Shown piece after piece: positions 1-18,559 of a stretch of 64,000 nucleotides of DNA; position 1 is the first letter of the stretch, and the number at the start of each line of letters is the position of its first letter. Source of the stretch: Takakia lepidozioides (taxonomy: Eukaryota; Plantae; Bryophyta); NCBI GenBank assembly GCA_030704615.1, contig CM060733.1, forward strand, positions 68,138,001-68,202,000, given 5' to 3'. Under the pieces are notes generated by a model, which made no database searches, had not been told where the DNA came from, and worked only from the letters and a program-made list of their open reading frames with translations. A program made the translations under genes and the position numbers.

Positions 1-1032
1 CTGGCGCCACGTGACAGCCAGCCTGGAGAGTCATATCTGCCATGTCACAACTGACTAGGTCTTACGTCTGCAGAGTCAGGAAGTCGTAAAATGGCTTCCA
101 TGACTGCATTTGCAGTCATAACACAGAGACGTAAAAGCCGCAATTTGTTGTAGTGACATGACCCATATGAATTTAATGACGATGATACTGCAATGCATCC
201 ATCCTTCGATGACCTTGTTGTTGATGAACTGTGACATGGTGTCATCCCAATTGTGGACCCCCTTCCCCCAGTGGAAGTTGAGGTCGACTCTCCCTCACCA
301 CGAGTTCCACGGACTGCGGGAGATGTGCAGGTTGAATCGTCGGATGATGACAACCGGTCGTTGTCATTCCTTCACCGACATCGTGCCCCTGTGAATCGTG
401 TTTCATCTTATGCCGCTCCATCTCATGTTTCTTTTTCTCAAGCCGGTCCATCCCATGCTGTTCCATCTAGTCTCTCTCCCCCTCATGTAATTCCTTCCAC
501 CGCTACTCCGATCCTGGGAGATGCTTCTTCTGCTGCGGGACTTCTGCAAGTCGAACCATCGAATGACGACGACCGGCCATTGTCGTTTCATCTGGCCCGA
601 CGACGTCCGCATGTGAATTGTGCTCCCTCGACCCTCGCTGGTCCATCTCATGCCCCTTCCTCTCATGTCGGCCCCTCTAATGTACGTGCAAGTAGCCTTT
701 CTCATACGAGACCTGCTCCAAGGCCACCACGAAATTTGGGACAAGCCCAGAAACGGCAGAGAATTGTGCAACCTTTTGTTGGTGACCGACCTGTGAACAC
801 GTCTGATACCCTAGATGGTATTCATGATAGGAGTGGAAATCGACCAGAGAGACAACTGAACGTACTCCGAGGACGTCTACAGGTCCAACGGCCAGTTGCC
901 TCTAGAAACGAAAGAACAGATAGAGATCATGATTCTAGCACTGATCATGGGAACGGGGGTGAAGTGAGTGGGGACGAAGATTTTGTACTAGGCGTGAGAT
1001 TATACCATTGTCGTTGTGCCAGACGGAACTAG
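1..1032 (+). pseudogene. Decayed Ser/Pro/His-rich low-complexity ORF, probably a transposon accessory gene; 5' end outside the window
   Basis: Frame +1 is open 253-1032 and continues upstream to base 1 through several TGA/TAG stops. Internal peptide repeats (QVESSDDDNRSLSF/QVEPSNDDDRPLSF; AGPSHA). No domain recognised. Confidence 0.35.
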
Positions 1033-1469
1033 GTTCAGCTATAACTTCTGTCACATGATGTGTAGTATGTTTCCATGGATATCCATGTTTCAGTTTGGGT
1101 ACATGCATAAGTGTACGGAAATAAAAATGGTAGAATATGTGTACCCAAGAAAAGGTTTGGTGGTTGTGCGTGTGTTTGTGTTTCGTCATTACCTTTATAT
1201 TATTGATTTCCTATTATAGTTTCGAAAGCCACAAAGGCCAAGTGCAGCTCCCAACATTCATCTTCCCCTTCACAAATCCATAGGGAGTCGATACATGTGC
1301 TTTTCATCTGCCTCTCCAAAATACATACAGGTGCAAGTGGACCAACCTCCTGGTGGTCGCATCTATTTTTTTTAAAACAATTGTGCGACCACCAGTAACG
1401 GTCGTCGCAACTGTTAAAATAAAATAAAAATGTTGCGACCACCCCCCTGCTGGTAGTCGCACCTATTTA

Positions 1470-1781
1470 CTGATTTAATAGGTAGTAAGTTAGTACGTAG
1501 TAAGGGGGGGGTTTCCCTTATATAGCCTCTCAGGGCAGTGGGACCCTTCTAGAAGCCCGCCGACCCTGGGAGCCTTCTAGAAGGCCCTGAACACGTGTCA
1601 ACCCTGCAGGACTCCCTATTCTAAATTTAGCCAATTCCTCCATTCTTTTTTTGGACCCCCTCATCTCATTCCTTAATACACGTGGCCTTCCCTTCATAGG
1701 CGCCCCACTCTAATTCCTGGGCCACAGTAATTCCTGGACCACTCTAGAATCAGGGCCCGAATGAAACTGCTCTACATATTA
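1470..1781 (-). mobile_element. ~310-bp insertion resembling a solo LTR or pseudo-LTR
   Basis: TG...CA ends (1471-1776). TATATAAGG on the minus strand near 1516-1524. TTCTAGAA motifs. TCGCACCTATTTA directly repeated on both sides (1457-1469, 1782-1794). Confidence 0.5.
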
Positions 1782-1934
1782 TTCGCACCTATTTAACAAA
1801 AAGAAAAATGGTCCGATCACCCCCCTGCTAGTGGTCGCAGCTATTTAAAAATAGAAAATTCTGTGACCACCCCCTTGCTGGTGGTCGCCCCTTAAAAAAA
1901 ATGGTGCGACCACCACCCTGCTGGTGGTCGCAGA

Positions 1935-2158
1935 TTTTTTATTTTTTATTTTTTGGGAAACACCTGGGAGCGACAACTCACAAATCAGGCCCCTTAGTAG
2001 TGAGAGGAGAAATAACCTCTTTCATTTATGCGCCAAGAGGCGTAGGAATGGGGCACCACACACGAACCATACCACACCCATCAAGTAGCAAGATTTGACC
2101 CCAGAATCGTCCGGGTCGCACTCGGTGCACTTAACCAACTGAGCTACTGACTGTTGGT
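1935..2158 (-). mobile_element. tRNA-derived SINE
   Basis: On the minus strand: Pol III A-box TAGCTCAGTTGG (2146-2135), B-box-like GGGTCAAATCT (2101-2091), a non-tRNA body and an A-rich tail (T-tract at 1935-1954 on +). Confidence 0.7.
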
Positions 2159-3065
2159 AGATATTAAAAAATCGGAAAATTATGCGACCACCCCCCCTAC
2201 GACCACCCCCCTGCTGGTGGTCGCATCTAATAAAGAAAAGGAAAATAGTGCGACCACCAGCAGGTGGTGGTGATCGCACCTATTTGTTTTAAACAAAATT
2301 TATGTGACCACCCCCCTGCTGGTGGTCGCGAAAAATTTATATATATATTATGCGACCACCTCCCTGCTGGTGGTCACACCTATTAAAAATAAAAAAATCT
2401 GCGACCACCCCCCTGCTAGTGGTCGCACCCATTTAAAAAAATAAAAATAAAAAATTGCGACCACTCCCCTGCTGGTGGTCGCACCCATTAAAAAAAAATA
2501 AAAAAAATCTGCGACCACCCCCCTGCTGGTGGTCGCACCTATTAAAAAAATAAAAATTCCGCGACCCACCCCCTGCTGGTGGTTGCACATAATAAAGAAA
2601 AGAAAAAATGATGCGACCACCCCCTGCTGGCGGTTGCAGCTATTACTAGCGTGTGCAGTCATGATGACAGCGCGCGCCTTGAGTGTAGAGGGGGGGCTTA
2701 TAAGGCCTTGGAGGCCATTCTCTCCCTCACTTTTCTCCACACCAGGACTTGGTGGGCGATGGGATGTTGCATTCCTTGTCGTTGAGTCCAAGTGGAGAGG
2801 GGTGCTATTGGTTGGGTGGGGGGTATTTTGGGCCGTTGGTTTCTACAAAATCGATGCTGAGTACCTCCGGGAAGCCCTCCTCTGGCACCCACATTTTTTT
2901 CATTGCACATTGCGTCATATCACTTAGAACTGCCGAGGGAGTGACACGTGCCTCTAGTACTTGGGGAGGATTCATTAGGGAGTAGGATTAGGTACGAATT
3001 AGGAGGGTTGGGAAAGCATTTTTCTTAGCAAACACCTGTCGAGTAGGGATAAGCCAAAGCCATAA

Positions 3066-5646
3066 ATGGCGGAGGAGGAAGACAGAGGAGGTCATCCCAG
3101 GGAGGACGATAATGAACCTGGACTTCCAAAAAAACAAACCAAAAGGGGCCAGGCGCGAACTTCATTGGGACATATACAATGACCCCAACATTCTTCCGGA
3201 ACCAGATTGGGAAGTTTGGAAGTTGGGGCAGCGGTGGTCGCTTGGTGACTGCAGGAAATTTATGGACTGGTGTCACATAAATCGTTTGTGGCCCAGAGAT
3301 AAGCATGATCCACAAACCAAACAAAATCAAGCTAGCTTGCATTCTTGCGCCAACCCGCATTTCCGCCACAGGGCAGAGGAGGTACATACAACATTGTGGG
3401 GTCAACCGCTCGTGAACAATAAGGTCCCGTATTTATTTGCGGCCATGTTGTACACAGAGTTGATTTTATTGCGACCAGTGGATTGGCAAAGTGCCAGTGC
3501 GAGACAACGTACTAGACTATACATGTTCTCTGATATCCCATACTTATATATACGTCAGGGGCAGAACATCATACGGTTGGATGGAAACGACGAGGTGGAA
3601 GAAGGAGGAAAGACGGATGGAAACGACGATGTGGAAGAAGGAGGAAAGGCAGACCAACCTCCAGATTATACGCCGCAACGGGTCTCCACAGCCGGGCCTT
3701 CAACGTCTGAGGTGGAGGGGGGCGAGGTACGCTCTCCGTTGGAGGAACAGTTGGCCGCACATGAACAACATATCAAGGACCTGCAGGAGATTGTTCAATT
3801 GCAACGGTGGCAAATAGTGAAGTTGCTAGAAAGAATGGGGTTGGGGACTCTCGACAACGTACGCGGTGTGCTTCAGGACCCAAGGCCAATCACCAATGAG
3901 CAAGACATATTGGCGCGCTTGAATATGCCACCAATGGACATTGACCGCGTCATCGACGGGGTTGACTCAACCGGGCATGGGAATGAAGTGCAAACGCCTG
4001 AACTGGACCCGGCGAGGGTTGAGGAATAAAGACTTGCGGCAGAGAGGGCAAGAAAAGGGAAGGACCCCATAGTGGAAACTGAGGAATGTTTAGCCGTGCA
4101 AATTACATCGGCCCAAGAACAGGAATTAGAGCAGCTTGTGGGGGAACGTGAGCAAGCTAGGGCTGTTGCATATCGGTACTCAAATGCCATGCAAATCCGA
4201 TCGTGGCCATGGTTAAAGGGGAATTGGCGGAATTGGATAACATGAGCGGGCCATCTAGCATCGCGGGAAACACGGATAGAAGAAGCGTTGTCCTCCCTCC
4301 AACGTGCAGCACGTTTGTCGAATCAAAGCGTAGATAGCATCTATGCTAATTTGCAAATGCATGATACTTTGCGTGATGTATTCACGTCGAAGTACACTGG
4401 ATTCACCACATCGGATGATGTGGATGCCATGTTTGAGCACTGTGTGCATACAATTTCCGATACCAATAAGAGCATAAACTGGGATTTGGAAGTAGAGGAG
4501 GAGTGGGACAGCAGGCCGAGGATGTCATCCTACATTCATGAGGATAAACGGACTTGGATACCACGGAACAATCCAGCGTCATGGGTAATAGATGGTACGG
4601 TGTGCACAATGTGCCTAAACCCTTACGGACCGGAGGGAGGCTATATGCTTGGTTCATGTGGCCATTTGTTCCATCCCGCATGTCTCATATTGGCAGCCAT
4701 GCGAGCCAGCCAATGCCCTGACTGTCGTGGACCAATCCATTGACGTTTCTACGAGTTGTTTGGGTTGCAAGACAATATGCCCACGGGATACGAGTACAAC
4801 CGGTACAACATGCCATTGGATGTATCGCCTTACGATTTTTTAAATTGGCAGCACTGGGGGGAGACAATAACATGGGATGCTCCAAGAGAGATGCACGCCT
4901 TGGATGCGAAGACGTTAACTAGGGTTAAAGATCCGGTGACCTTTTGGGTGACATCCAACTGGGAAATAATCGTGCGTGCTAGAGGCATACGGGACCCAGT
5001 CCAAAGGGAGTTTTTTTGCCGGAACTTGGGAGGGCATTGGAGCTGTACCAGACAAAGATTCTTCCGACTGCCTGAGGATCCGTGGGTGCCAGCGGAAAAC
5101 GACCCATACAATCGCGAACCGATCGGGAGAGGCCTATTTCTGAGGGAGTTGGAGGCCGCTAGCATCCGTTGGGAGGATATGAATGAGACGTACTGGGTGC
5201 CTCATCAGGATGAAGGGCCATTTCTTCTAGAGTTGCGCAGAGACCCCCAGCAGGAGGAGGTGTTGGACAATTTCAAGGCTGCCATCACGAGTGTTGTAAA
5301 GTATTGGCAGAACACATGGTGTGACCAAGTTGCCCCTATTCCAGGGGTGTTCTTGCCACTTCCAAATATATCGGATTTAATTGAAAAATTGCATGAAGCC
5401 GTAGCAAGAGCGACACACCCGGCTCTGGCAAATGTGGAAGAGAATCAGCACTCGCCTAGAACGCTACGCATGATGGCAAGGGTGGACCACACAACACTGG
5501 GTCTCTCTTTGACCACTCGAGCCCAGGCTCGTGCCCAGGCTCGAGCTCTCCGTACTGGTGGAGGCACGTCCTCTACACCCGAAGCATCTTCATCAACATC
5601 TGGAGATGACGACAACGAAGTAATAAATCTAGATGAAGATGACTAG
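3066..5646 (+). pseudogene. Decayed ~850-aa RING-H2 zinc-finger protein, probably transposon cargo
   Basis: ORFs 3112-4029, 4288-4743 and 4756-5646 share frame +1 and are separated only by stops at 4027, 4243 and 4741. RING-H2 signature CTMC...CGHLFHPAC...CPDC. Probable start ATG at 3066 with a frameshift in the A7 run near 3129. Confidence 0.7.
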
Positions 5647-5769
5647 AAATGCTAGAAACGTAGGGAGTAGGCCAAAGGTCTCAGGCTGCAAAAACTTAAA
5701 TGTGCAACCCACTGTATAGTCTACGTAATTTTTGGAAATACGAGGTTCATCCTTTGAACCCTTTTTGAA

Positions 5770-7575
5770 TGACCTCATACTTGTTCGGTACCTGTTTGAC
5801 GGCATGTACAATATACTGGCAAAGTTTCAAAACAATCAAAAATTGATGAATGAAGATACCATTGGTTCACCCATTGCAATATTTTAAATCGAAATCATAC
5901 TTGTCCGGTACCTTTAAGAGGGCATGTACAATGCAATGGCAAAGTTTGAAAGCATTCAGAAATCGGCACATCAAGTAACCATTGGTTCCTCCTGTGAACC
6001 ATTTTTTATTGATCTCATACTTGTCCGGTCCATGTAAGAGGCATGTAGAACATATTGGCAAAATTTCAAATCATTCAAATTTTTTTTTATCAAGGAACCT
6101 TTGGTTTATCCTTTTCACCATTAACGATTAATCACAAATAAATGAATAGACAAATAAATCATTTGCCTCCAAATGATTTTGGTTCGCTTTGAGACTTGGC
6201 CAGTATATTCAATGTACCATGGAAGAGGCCCCAGAGTAATATGAGATCAATCGAAATTCGTTCAATGGGCCAACGGATGGTTGCCCATCCAAATGATTTT
6301 CGTTCGCTTTAAGACTTGGCCAGTGTGTTCAATGTACCCTCTGATAGGTCCCAGTGTAATATGAGATCAATCGAAATTTGTTCGATGGGCCAATGAGGCG
6401 TTCAGTTGTCATCTGATTTTTGTTCATTGCGAAAAAGAAATCCTGCAATGCGTGCACGGCTATTGCACCCATTGAACGGATGTGGTTGAAGCCCCTCTTT
6501 TGCCCGCATGTGCTTGAACATGTGTGCGACACATGTGCAGAGAAACAACAGACGAATAAATCATTTGCCTCCCCATCGACACCAAGCCATTCCATAATGT
6601 AATTGAATTTAAATTAATTTTAAGCCAATAAATAGGTTTGCACTGCCTTTCATTGGGGGTTTCTGGCACGTATCCATTTTGTTTTTGGCTCAATTTTGTT
6701 TTGCGGCTTCAAGCATCGTACTGCTACTCCCCCGCCAAAATTTGGACCAATCTAAAATGCCCCAAAAAAAAATTGTTCTCTTTGCTCACTATTGCAAAAC
6801 TCTCTATAAATAGTGCATGAAGTAGAGCACAAATCAAGTTTGGAGTGCAAAACAGGCAAGAAATTGTGGTTTTGGGTCCAAATGAATTTTGATTACTCCC
6901 AAATTTGGCACGCACGTTGCATATGGAGTCATTACACGCCCCATTCAAAAACGGAATGAAAAAAAAAGCATGAGCACGCGAAACGCAGTCCAACAAGTCC
7001 CAAAGTAATAGCAAATCCAACATAATACATTCAACGGGTGAACGGATGGTTGCCCATCCAAATCATTTTTGTTTGCTTCCAAACTTTTCCAGTATGCTCG
7101 AGACGCCCTCTTACAGGTCCCGGACTAATATCAAATCAATCGAAATTCATTCGATGGCTCAACGGATGGCTGGCCGTCGAAATGATTTTGGTTCGCTTTG
7201 AGACATGGCCACTATGTTCAATGTGCCATGTAAGAGACCCCAGAGTAATATGAGATCAATCGAAATTCGTTCAATGGGCCAACGGATGGTTGCCCATCCA
7301 AATGATTTTCGTTCGCTTTGAAACTTGGCCAGTGTGTTCAATGTACCCTCTAATACGTCCCAGTGTAATACGAGATCAATCAAAATTCGTTCAATTGTCC
7401 AATGAGGCGTTCATTTGTCATCTGGTTTTTGTTCAATGCGAAAAAGAAATCCTGCAATGCGTGCACAGCTATTGCACCCATTGAACGGATGTGGTTGAAG
7501 CCCCTCTTTTGCCCCCATGTGCTGGAACATGTGTGGAGACACATTAGACGAATAAATCATTTGCCTCCCCATCGA
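5770..7575. repeat. Degenerate ~120-bp repeat units in two orientations, plus a ~400-bp direct duplication
   Basis: Units 'aatgattttggttcgctttgagacttggcc...gagatcaatcgaaattcgttcaatgg' at 6170-6400 and 7040-7400, with inverted relatives at 5770-6110. 6170-6575 is repeated at about 7180-7575. Confidence 0.75.
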
Positions 7576-8699
7576 CGCGTTTACCCCTCAAGCTATTCCA
7601 CAATCAATAGTCGCTGCCGACTATTCCGTTCGCAGGCCAATTTGCCAAAAAGCCACATGAAATGAACATCTTTAGCGACCTTGGCAGATCTGTTGGCCGA
7701 CTTTAACAAAAACTGGTATAGTCGCCAACGACTACTCCGATTCGTCTTCCAATTCAATGTAAATCTGCCTGATCCGTCGCCGGAATTAATTTCAACTGTA
7801 TGTAGTCGGTACCGACTACGGAAGAAAACCTGTCCCACTAACTATTTCACAATGTTCATGCCTTTCAAATAGGCGTGGTCGGCAACGACAATAAGACATC
7901 CCCCTGTGGCGTAGAACAAATTCAGATGAAGAGGAGGTTAATGGTTGTTTTGAAATGGCCGTTGCCAGCTGAACGTGCCGCCGCCAATTGTTGCGCAGAC
8001 AGTTTTCATCCGACCTAAAATCCATTAAATATTCCTTTTGCATTTATTTCTTACCATTGTTGACGTACAGTTCGTTAGGAAATCGTAAACTGCGTTGCAT
8101 GCTTGCAATAGGTCATGTGCTCCTCATCTGCCCCAGTGCTCATACATTGGGTAGATTCGACAGAGTACTCCAGTTTGTACGTCGGAGTCCCGGACAGCGA
8201 CACAGGCTTGAAGCAGCCGAACATGGAAGGGTGCGTGAGGCTGCAATGTCCACCGTCCTCCGATCTTGTGAAGGTGAAGGCATAGGGAGACCAGGTGTTC
8301 CTGCTTGACAAAGTAATACTTGGAAGGTTTAATCTGGACCCTCTCTCTGTTGTTGTTGAGGTGGAGGGGGTCAGTGAAGGGGGCGTCACCGAAACCCGCA
8401 TCTTGGATCCAGTTCGAGACGACGAGAACAAGTCATGGGTTCTGCCATTTACAGGTGAGGTCGTATACAAAGTATTTGGTGTCCGAGCTACGATAGATAG
8501 GCTGTCGACCACTCGTGAGCATCCTACTCTGGCTTCCGTCCGTGGTGCTAATGTGGTGAAAACTGAGAGCATTGAGCTTTCTAGTGGCGACAACGATGAA
8601 TGTGTGGTTATTAGATCCAGTAGTGGAAGGTGGGAGAGCACTCCGGGAAAATCTGCTTCACCTCCATAGAAATTGCGTCGAGGGGAGTTTATGGGCAAC

Positions 8700-9820
8700 A
8701 ACGTTAAATTCGCACAGCCCGCTCAATCTATACTGGATGTGCTGAAGCTTCTGCACCTAGACTCCAAATCGCAGCTTGGAAGGATAAATAAGGCCATTGA
8801 ATCCAAACAACTTCGATACATACGCAACCCACCCTTTCCTAAATACCTACGGCACAAAGAACCCACTCTAACCCTAATCTTGTTAGTCCACAACGCTTCC
8901 CACACCCATATACCTATAGACTTCTCTACCCACCTTAAACTGTTACTGTCCGACACTCACAACATGGTCATCACATCCTTTCCAACGCCACCTTTACACG
9001 CCCCATCTTGATCCCCCTACAGACCAAAAACAAACAAAACATGGATTCCGACTCCTCCCCGCCCCATCCCGTCACTCAATATCACCCATGTTGGAGCACC
9101 TCCAATTCATCTAGGCCCTACCTCTTTAAAATACCCCTCAGCACATGCACACTACACAGATGTCTCCTAAGCTGGCTCCTGCGCCGGATATGGAGTCTAC
9201 CACGCGGCCACTAACACTGGTACAACCCACCGACTTCCGGGCCCTGCAACCATACTACGTGCCGAACTTATGGCCATCTACGAAGCCCTCTCACAACTAC
9301 ATGCATTCCCCTCACCATACTATATTTTTACAGACAGCTTAACTTCGCTCTTTCTCTTGCGAAACCACATAGCCAGCCCATCCTCCCACCATCACCACCC
9401 AGATCGTAATCTTATCTCAGCAATCATCACTTTAGCCATCTCAATCAACCAACCCATTCAATTTCTTAAAGTACGCTCACATACCGGAATCAACGGGAAC
9501 GAGGAGGCTGACCTCCTTGCCCAACTAAGGGCCTCCAAACCCCCAGTAGAACCCTCCATAGACCCCATCCACACTGCACATTCGCACCCTTTCTGGCTAA
9601 TACATCCAATTCCAAGCCCCCCCCGAACCTAAACCTATTCGTAATCTCTGCTCACCTTACGACACTTCGCTCTCTCACAGCCATCATAACCAATAAGCGA
9701 AAACTCGAATCCACCCCATCTCTGGTACCCCAGGGTACCCGAGGTACCTAGAGGTACCTCATACCTCGGTTACTTGGCTCTTAGTTACGCCGGCCTCGGC
9801 CGGAGTCCTCTCTCTCTCTC
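8700..9820 (+). mobile_element. 3' remnant of a non-LTR retrotransposon with an RNase H domain
   Basis: In frame from 9150: YTDVS*...ILRAELMAIYEAL...IFTDSLTSL...KVRSHTGINGNEEADLLA (RNase HI motifs). Ends in a GC hairpin (gccggcctcggc) and a (TC)n tail at 9808-9820. Confidence 0.8.
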
Positions 9821-12360
9821 ATTAAAACATCCATTTCGGTGAGTGGGGTTCAGTGTTTGCAGGCTTGAGAATGGGATGTAGCAATTTGTGATGGCCCTCA
9901 CTGGCGTTGATGCCAATCTTGCCAGACTTGTTATATATGTCGTGTCCTTGCTTCTATATATGCCAGACTTACAGTTATATATGTCTTGTCCTAGTTGTAG
10001 ACTACCTCAAGTGGGCAGTTTCTGGCACGAGACAACCTGAGCTAGTTTTGGAAACTCACATAAATATATGCGCAAATGATCTTGGCCTAAACGTTTCATC
10101 AAATGGCTACACTTTCCAGACTCAAAGGCCACTTAGGAAAGAAAAGACTTCGAATTGGATTTTTCTTTGAGATTTTGATATCGTTGAGGAAAATGATTTG
10201 ATCTTTGGGAGGGGGAAGCCAGCTATTAGGTGCCTAACTCCTACTGAGAAGAACGCGGAATGGGTTCAGTCAAACTACTTTGTGAGCAGCTGTCAGCAAG
10301 TCTGACTAGAATCGAATGAACGAAGAGGCGGTCTGACTGCAAGACAAGATAATGTGATTTTGGGGTTGTTGGTGAAGACAAAAAGATAGTCCTGATCTAG
10401 TCAGATGGCTAGGCATGAGAAGGTCTAAAATGCTGTTCACCCAGAAGAGTCAGTGATGATGGATATTGGGGTGTTTGGGTGGTCAGTGGATCTCTGCCCG
10501 GAAGTGTGTATCAGACTGTAGAACTTACAGCAGTGTACATAGTAAGTTGGTCTCACTTTTTGCTTTTTTCAAGGTCTTTAAAATTTAGAGAATTAGAGAT
10601 TTGACATAATGTCTCAGTTTGTAAGATGTATTAATAACATTTGCTAGCATGATACGGTACAGAGCTGTTGCCCTACATCTCCTCGAGGAGATTGAAACTG
10701 TATAGATAATGAGCTGTTAAAAGTCAATGATATATATTGTAATGTACGCTCACGTCTTTGATCCAGAAGTTGCAACTGCTCGCGTAGTGCATAGCAGCGC
10801 AAAGAATGAATCAATTGATCAAGACTCTAAATATAAATTTACAATCATGAACTAGTGTTTTCTAATCTGGTTTGGACAATTTGGGTCACGCGAGAAATTT
10901 TGCCAACTCTAGCACTTGTCATGTGTCTTCCACATTTACCAAAAGTATTTGATCTATGCGTCCTAGCAACCTTCCGGTGGAACAACGCCCCATCCTCACG
11001 TTGGCTAACAGGCATTCGAAGCGTCCATTGAATGGAGTTGTGTGTACCCGACACAATTGCGGTACATCTTGAAGATCATGCCAATTTGGCCTGTATGACT
11101 GGAGAAAGTGATGGCGAATGGAGCAAGTATGCTACATCATTGCCCATTTCATCAAGTACCATTTCATTTCGACTTTGCCCACCCAATGTTTATTTCTATG
11201 TCGGACTTGTTGATCTTGTCTGTTGTTATTCACCCACTACTGTAGTCGGCAGGAATGTCAGGTTGTGTGAGGTCCACTTTGGGACTTAGAACGGAGGGCC
11301 TTACTTTCTCCGGAAATTTTTCTAGTCCATTGGGAGTCAATGCATTATCGAGGGTCTCAAGCCTGGCAGACTTTTCCTCTCCGCTCGCCGTTTCCAGCAT
11401 TGCTGTAAGGTTCTTCCAAAGAGAGCGCTTGTCCGAGCATGTTCATGACTGATTGCAATATGATCGTGAGCGAGGAAGCAAGGTGACGATGGCTTCCGGT
11501 CTGCGAGAAGACGGATGGGCAAGAGAGGAGGTAGAACGGGGAGCGATGGAATTTTCCATATGCTGCCCCCGTGGTTAAAGTTAGTGCGTGGCGGTGGGTA
11601 GGGGTGGCAGTGGGTAGGGTTATCTCGTCGGAAAAATACTAGGGGATGATTAGTGAAGATTAGCATTGATTAACTTTGATTAACTTTAATAGTGACTAAA
11701 TGACGTAATGCGGCAGCTACATAAACTTAGCCATGGCTAAATCGCCAAGTGCGTGGCCAGGCCCTAACACAGATGGGGTAGAGAAGTTGACCAGTCCAAG
11801 GGGCAAACCAAAGCGGAAGCACAGACCTTCCTGACTTTGGCCCATTTCTTGGCTAATCTCTTTATTTCACTTTTTCTTGGAAGACCGAAAACGGTGAGAC
11901 TGTTTGGGGATTGAAGCCATTCTCTTGCTTTGGATGGGAAGATTGCAATGCTTGGGCCCTTCGGAAACTTTGGTTCAGAGAAGAGAGATTTGTCTGTTTA
12001 CATTTCAAAAGATAATTTCCCTGTCTCTTCAAGGAATGCATAGCCGAAAAGAATTCCCTTTGTGATGAAAGAAATCGCCATTTTGGCGAAACGTGGGGTC
12101 TATACCACCCACAGGGTGGTCTCGAGGAAGAAGCCTGCCCTCTCTCCGCTGCTCTTCTTCTGCTCGATCACCATTGTTTCTAGCATTCGGATTCGATTGA
12201 TATCATTGGTGTTGTAATTGGAGGTCAGTCTGTGTAAGCTGTGGGGATCTTTGCTGAGTTGGGCGTCGTGCTGGTGTGGCAAGCATGCTCTGGGATTATA
12301 AGGTGGTGTTGTAGTAGTCGGGGCTGCGAGTGTCGCGAGTAGAGCATCACACGAGGCGCC

Positions 12361-18559
<6,199 letters not shown>

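Larger units (their letters stand above)
1340..2640. repeat. Array of hairpin units TGCGACCACC-(cccctgct)-GGTGGTCGCA separated by A-rich spacers
   Basis: Roughly 15-20 units with a 10-bp inverted stem; ~55-60 bp period from about 2180 to 2640. The spacers resemble each other. Confidence 0.9.

Noticed and set aside
2085-2158. Functional tRNA gene
   Set aside because: A and B boxes are present, but there is no convincing acceptor stem, and a SINE body and tail follow.
2180-2640. CRISPR array
   Set aside because: Eukaryotic context, spacers are similar A-tracts rather than unique sequences, and no cas genes are present.
7590-8700. ORFs 7593-7838, 7816-8043, 8075-8701 and 8295-8669 as genes
   Set aside because: No recognisable motifs in any frame I translated. 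Possibly a decayed fragment, but not assignable.
10845-11450. Short ORFs upstream of VPS4
   Set aside because: No domain signature and no consistent splice structure.
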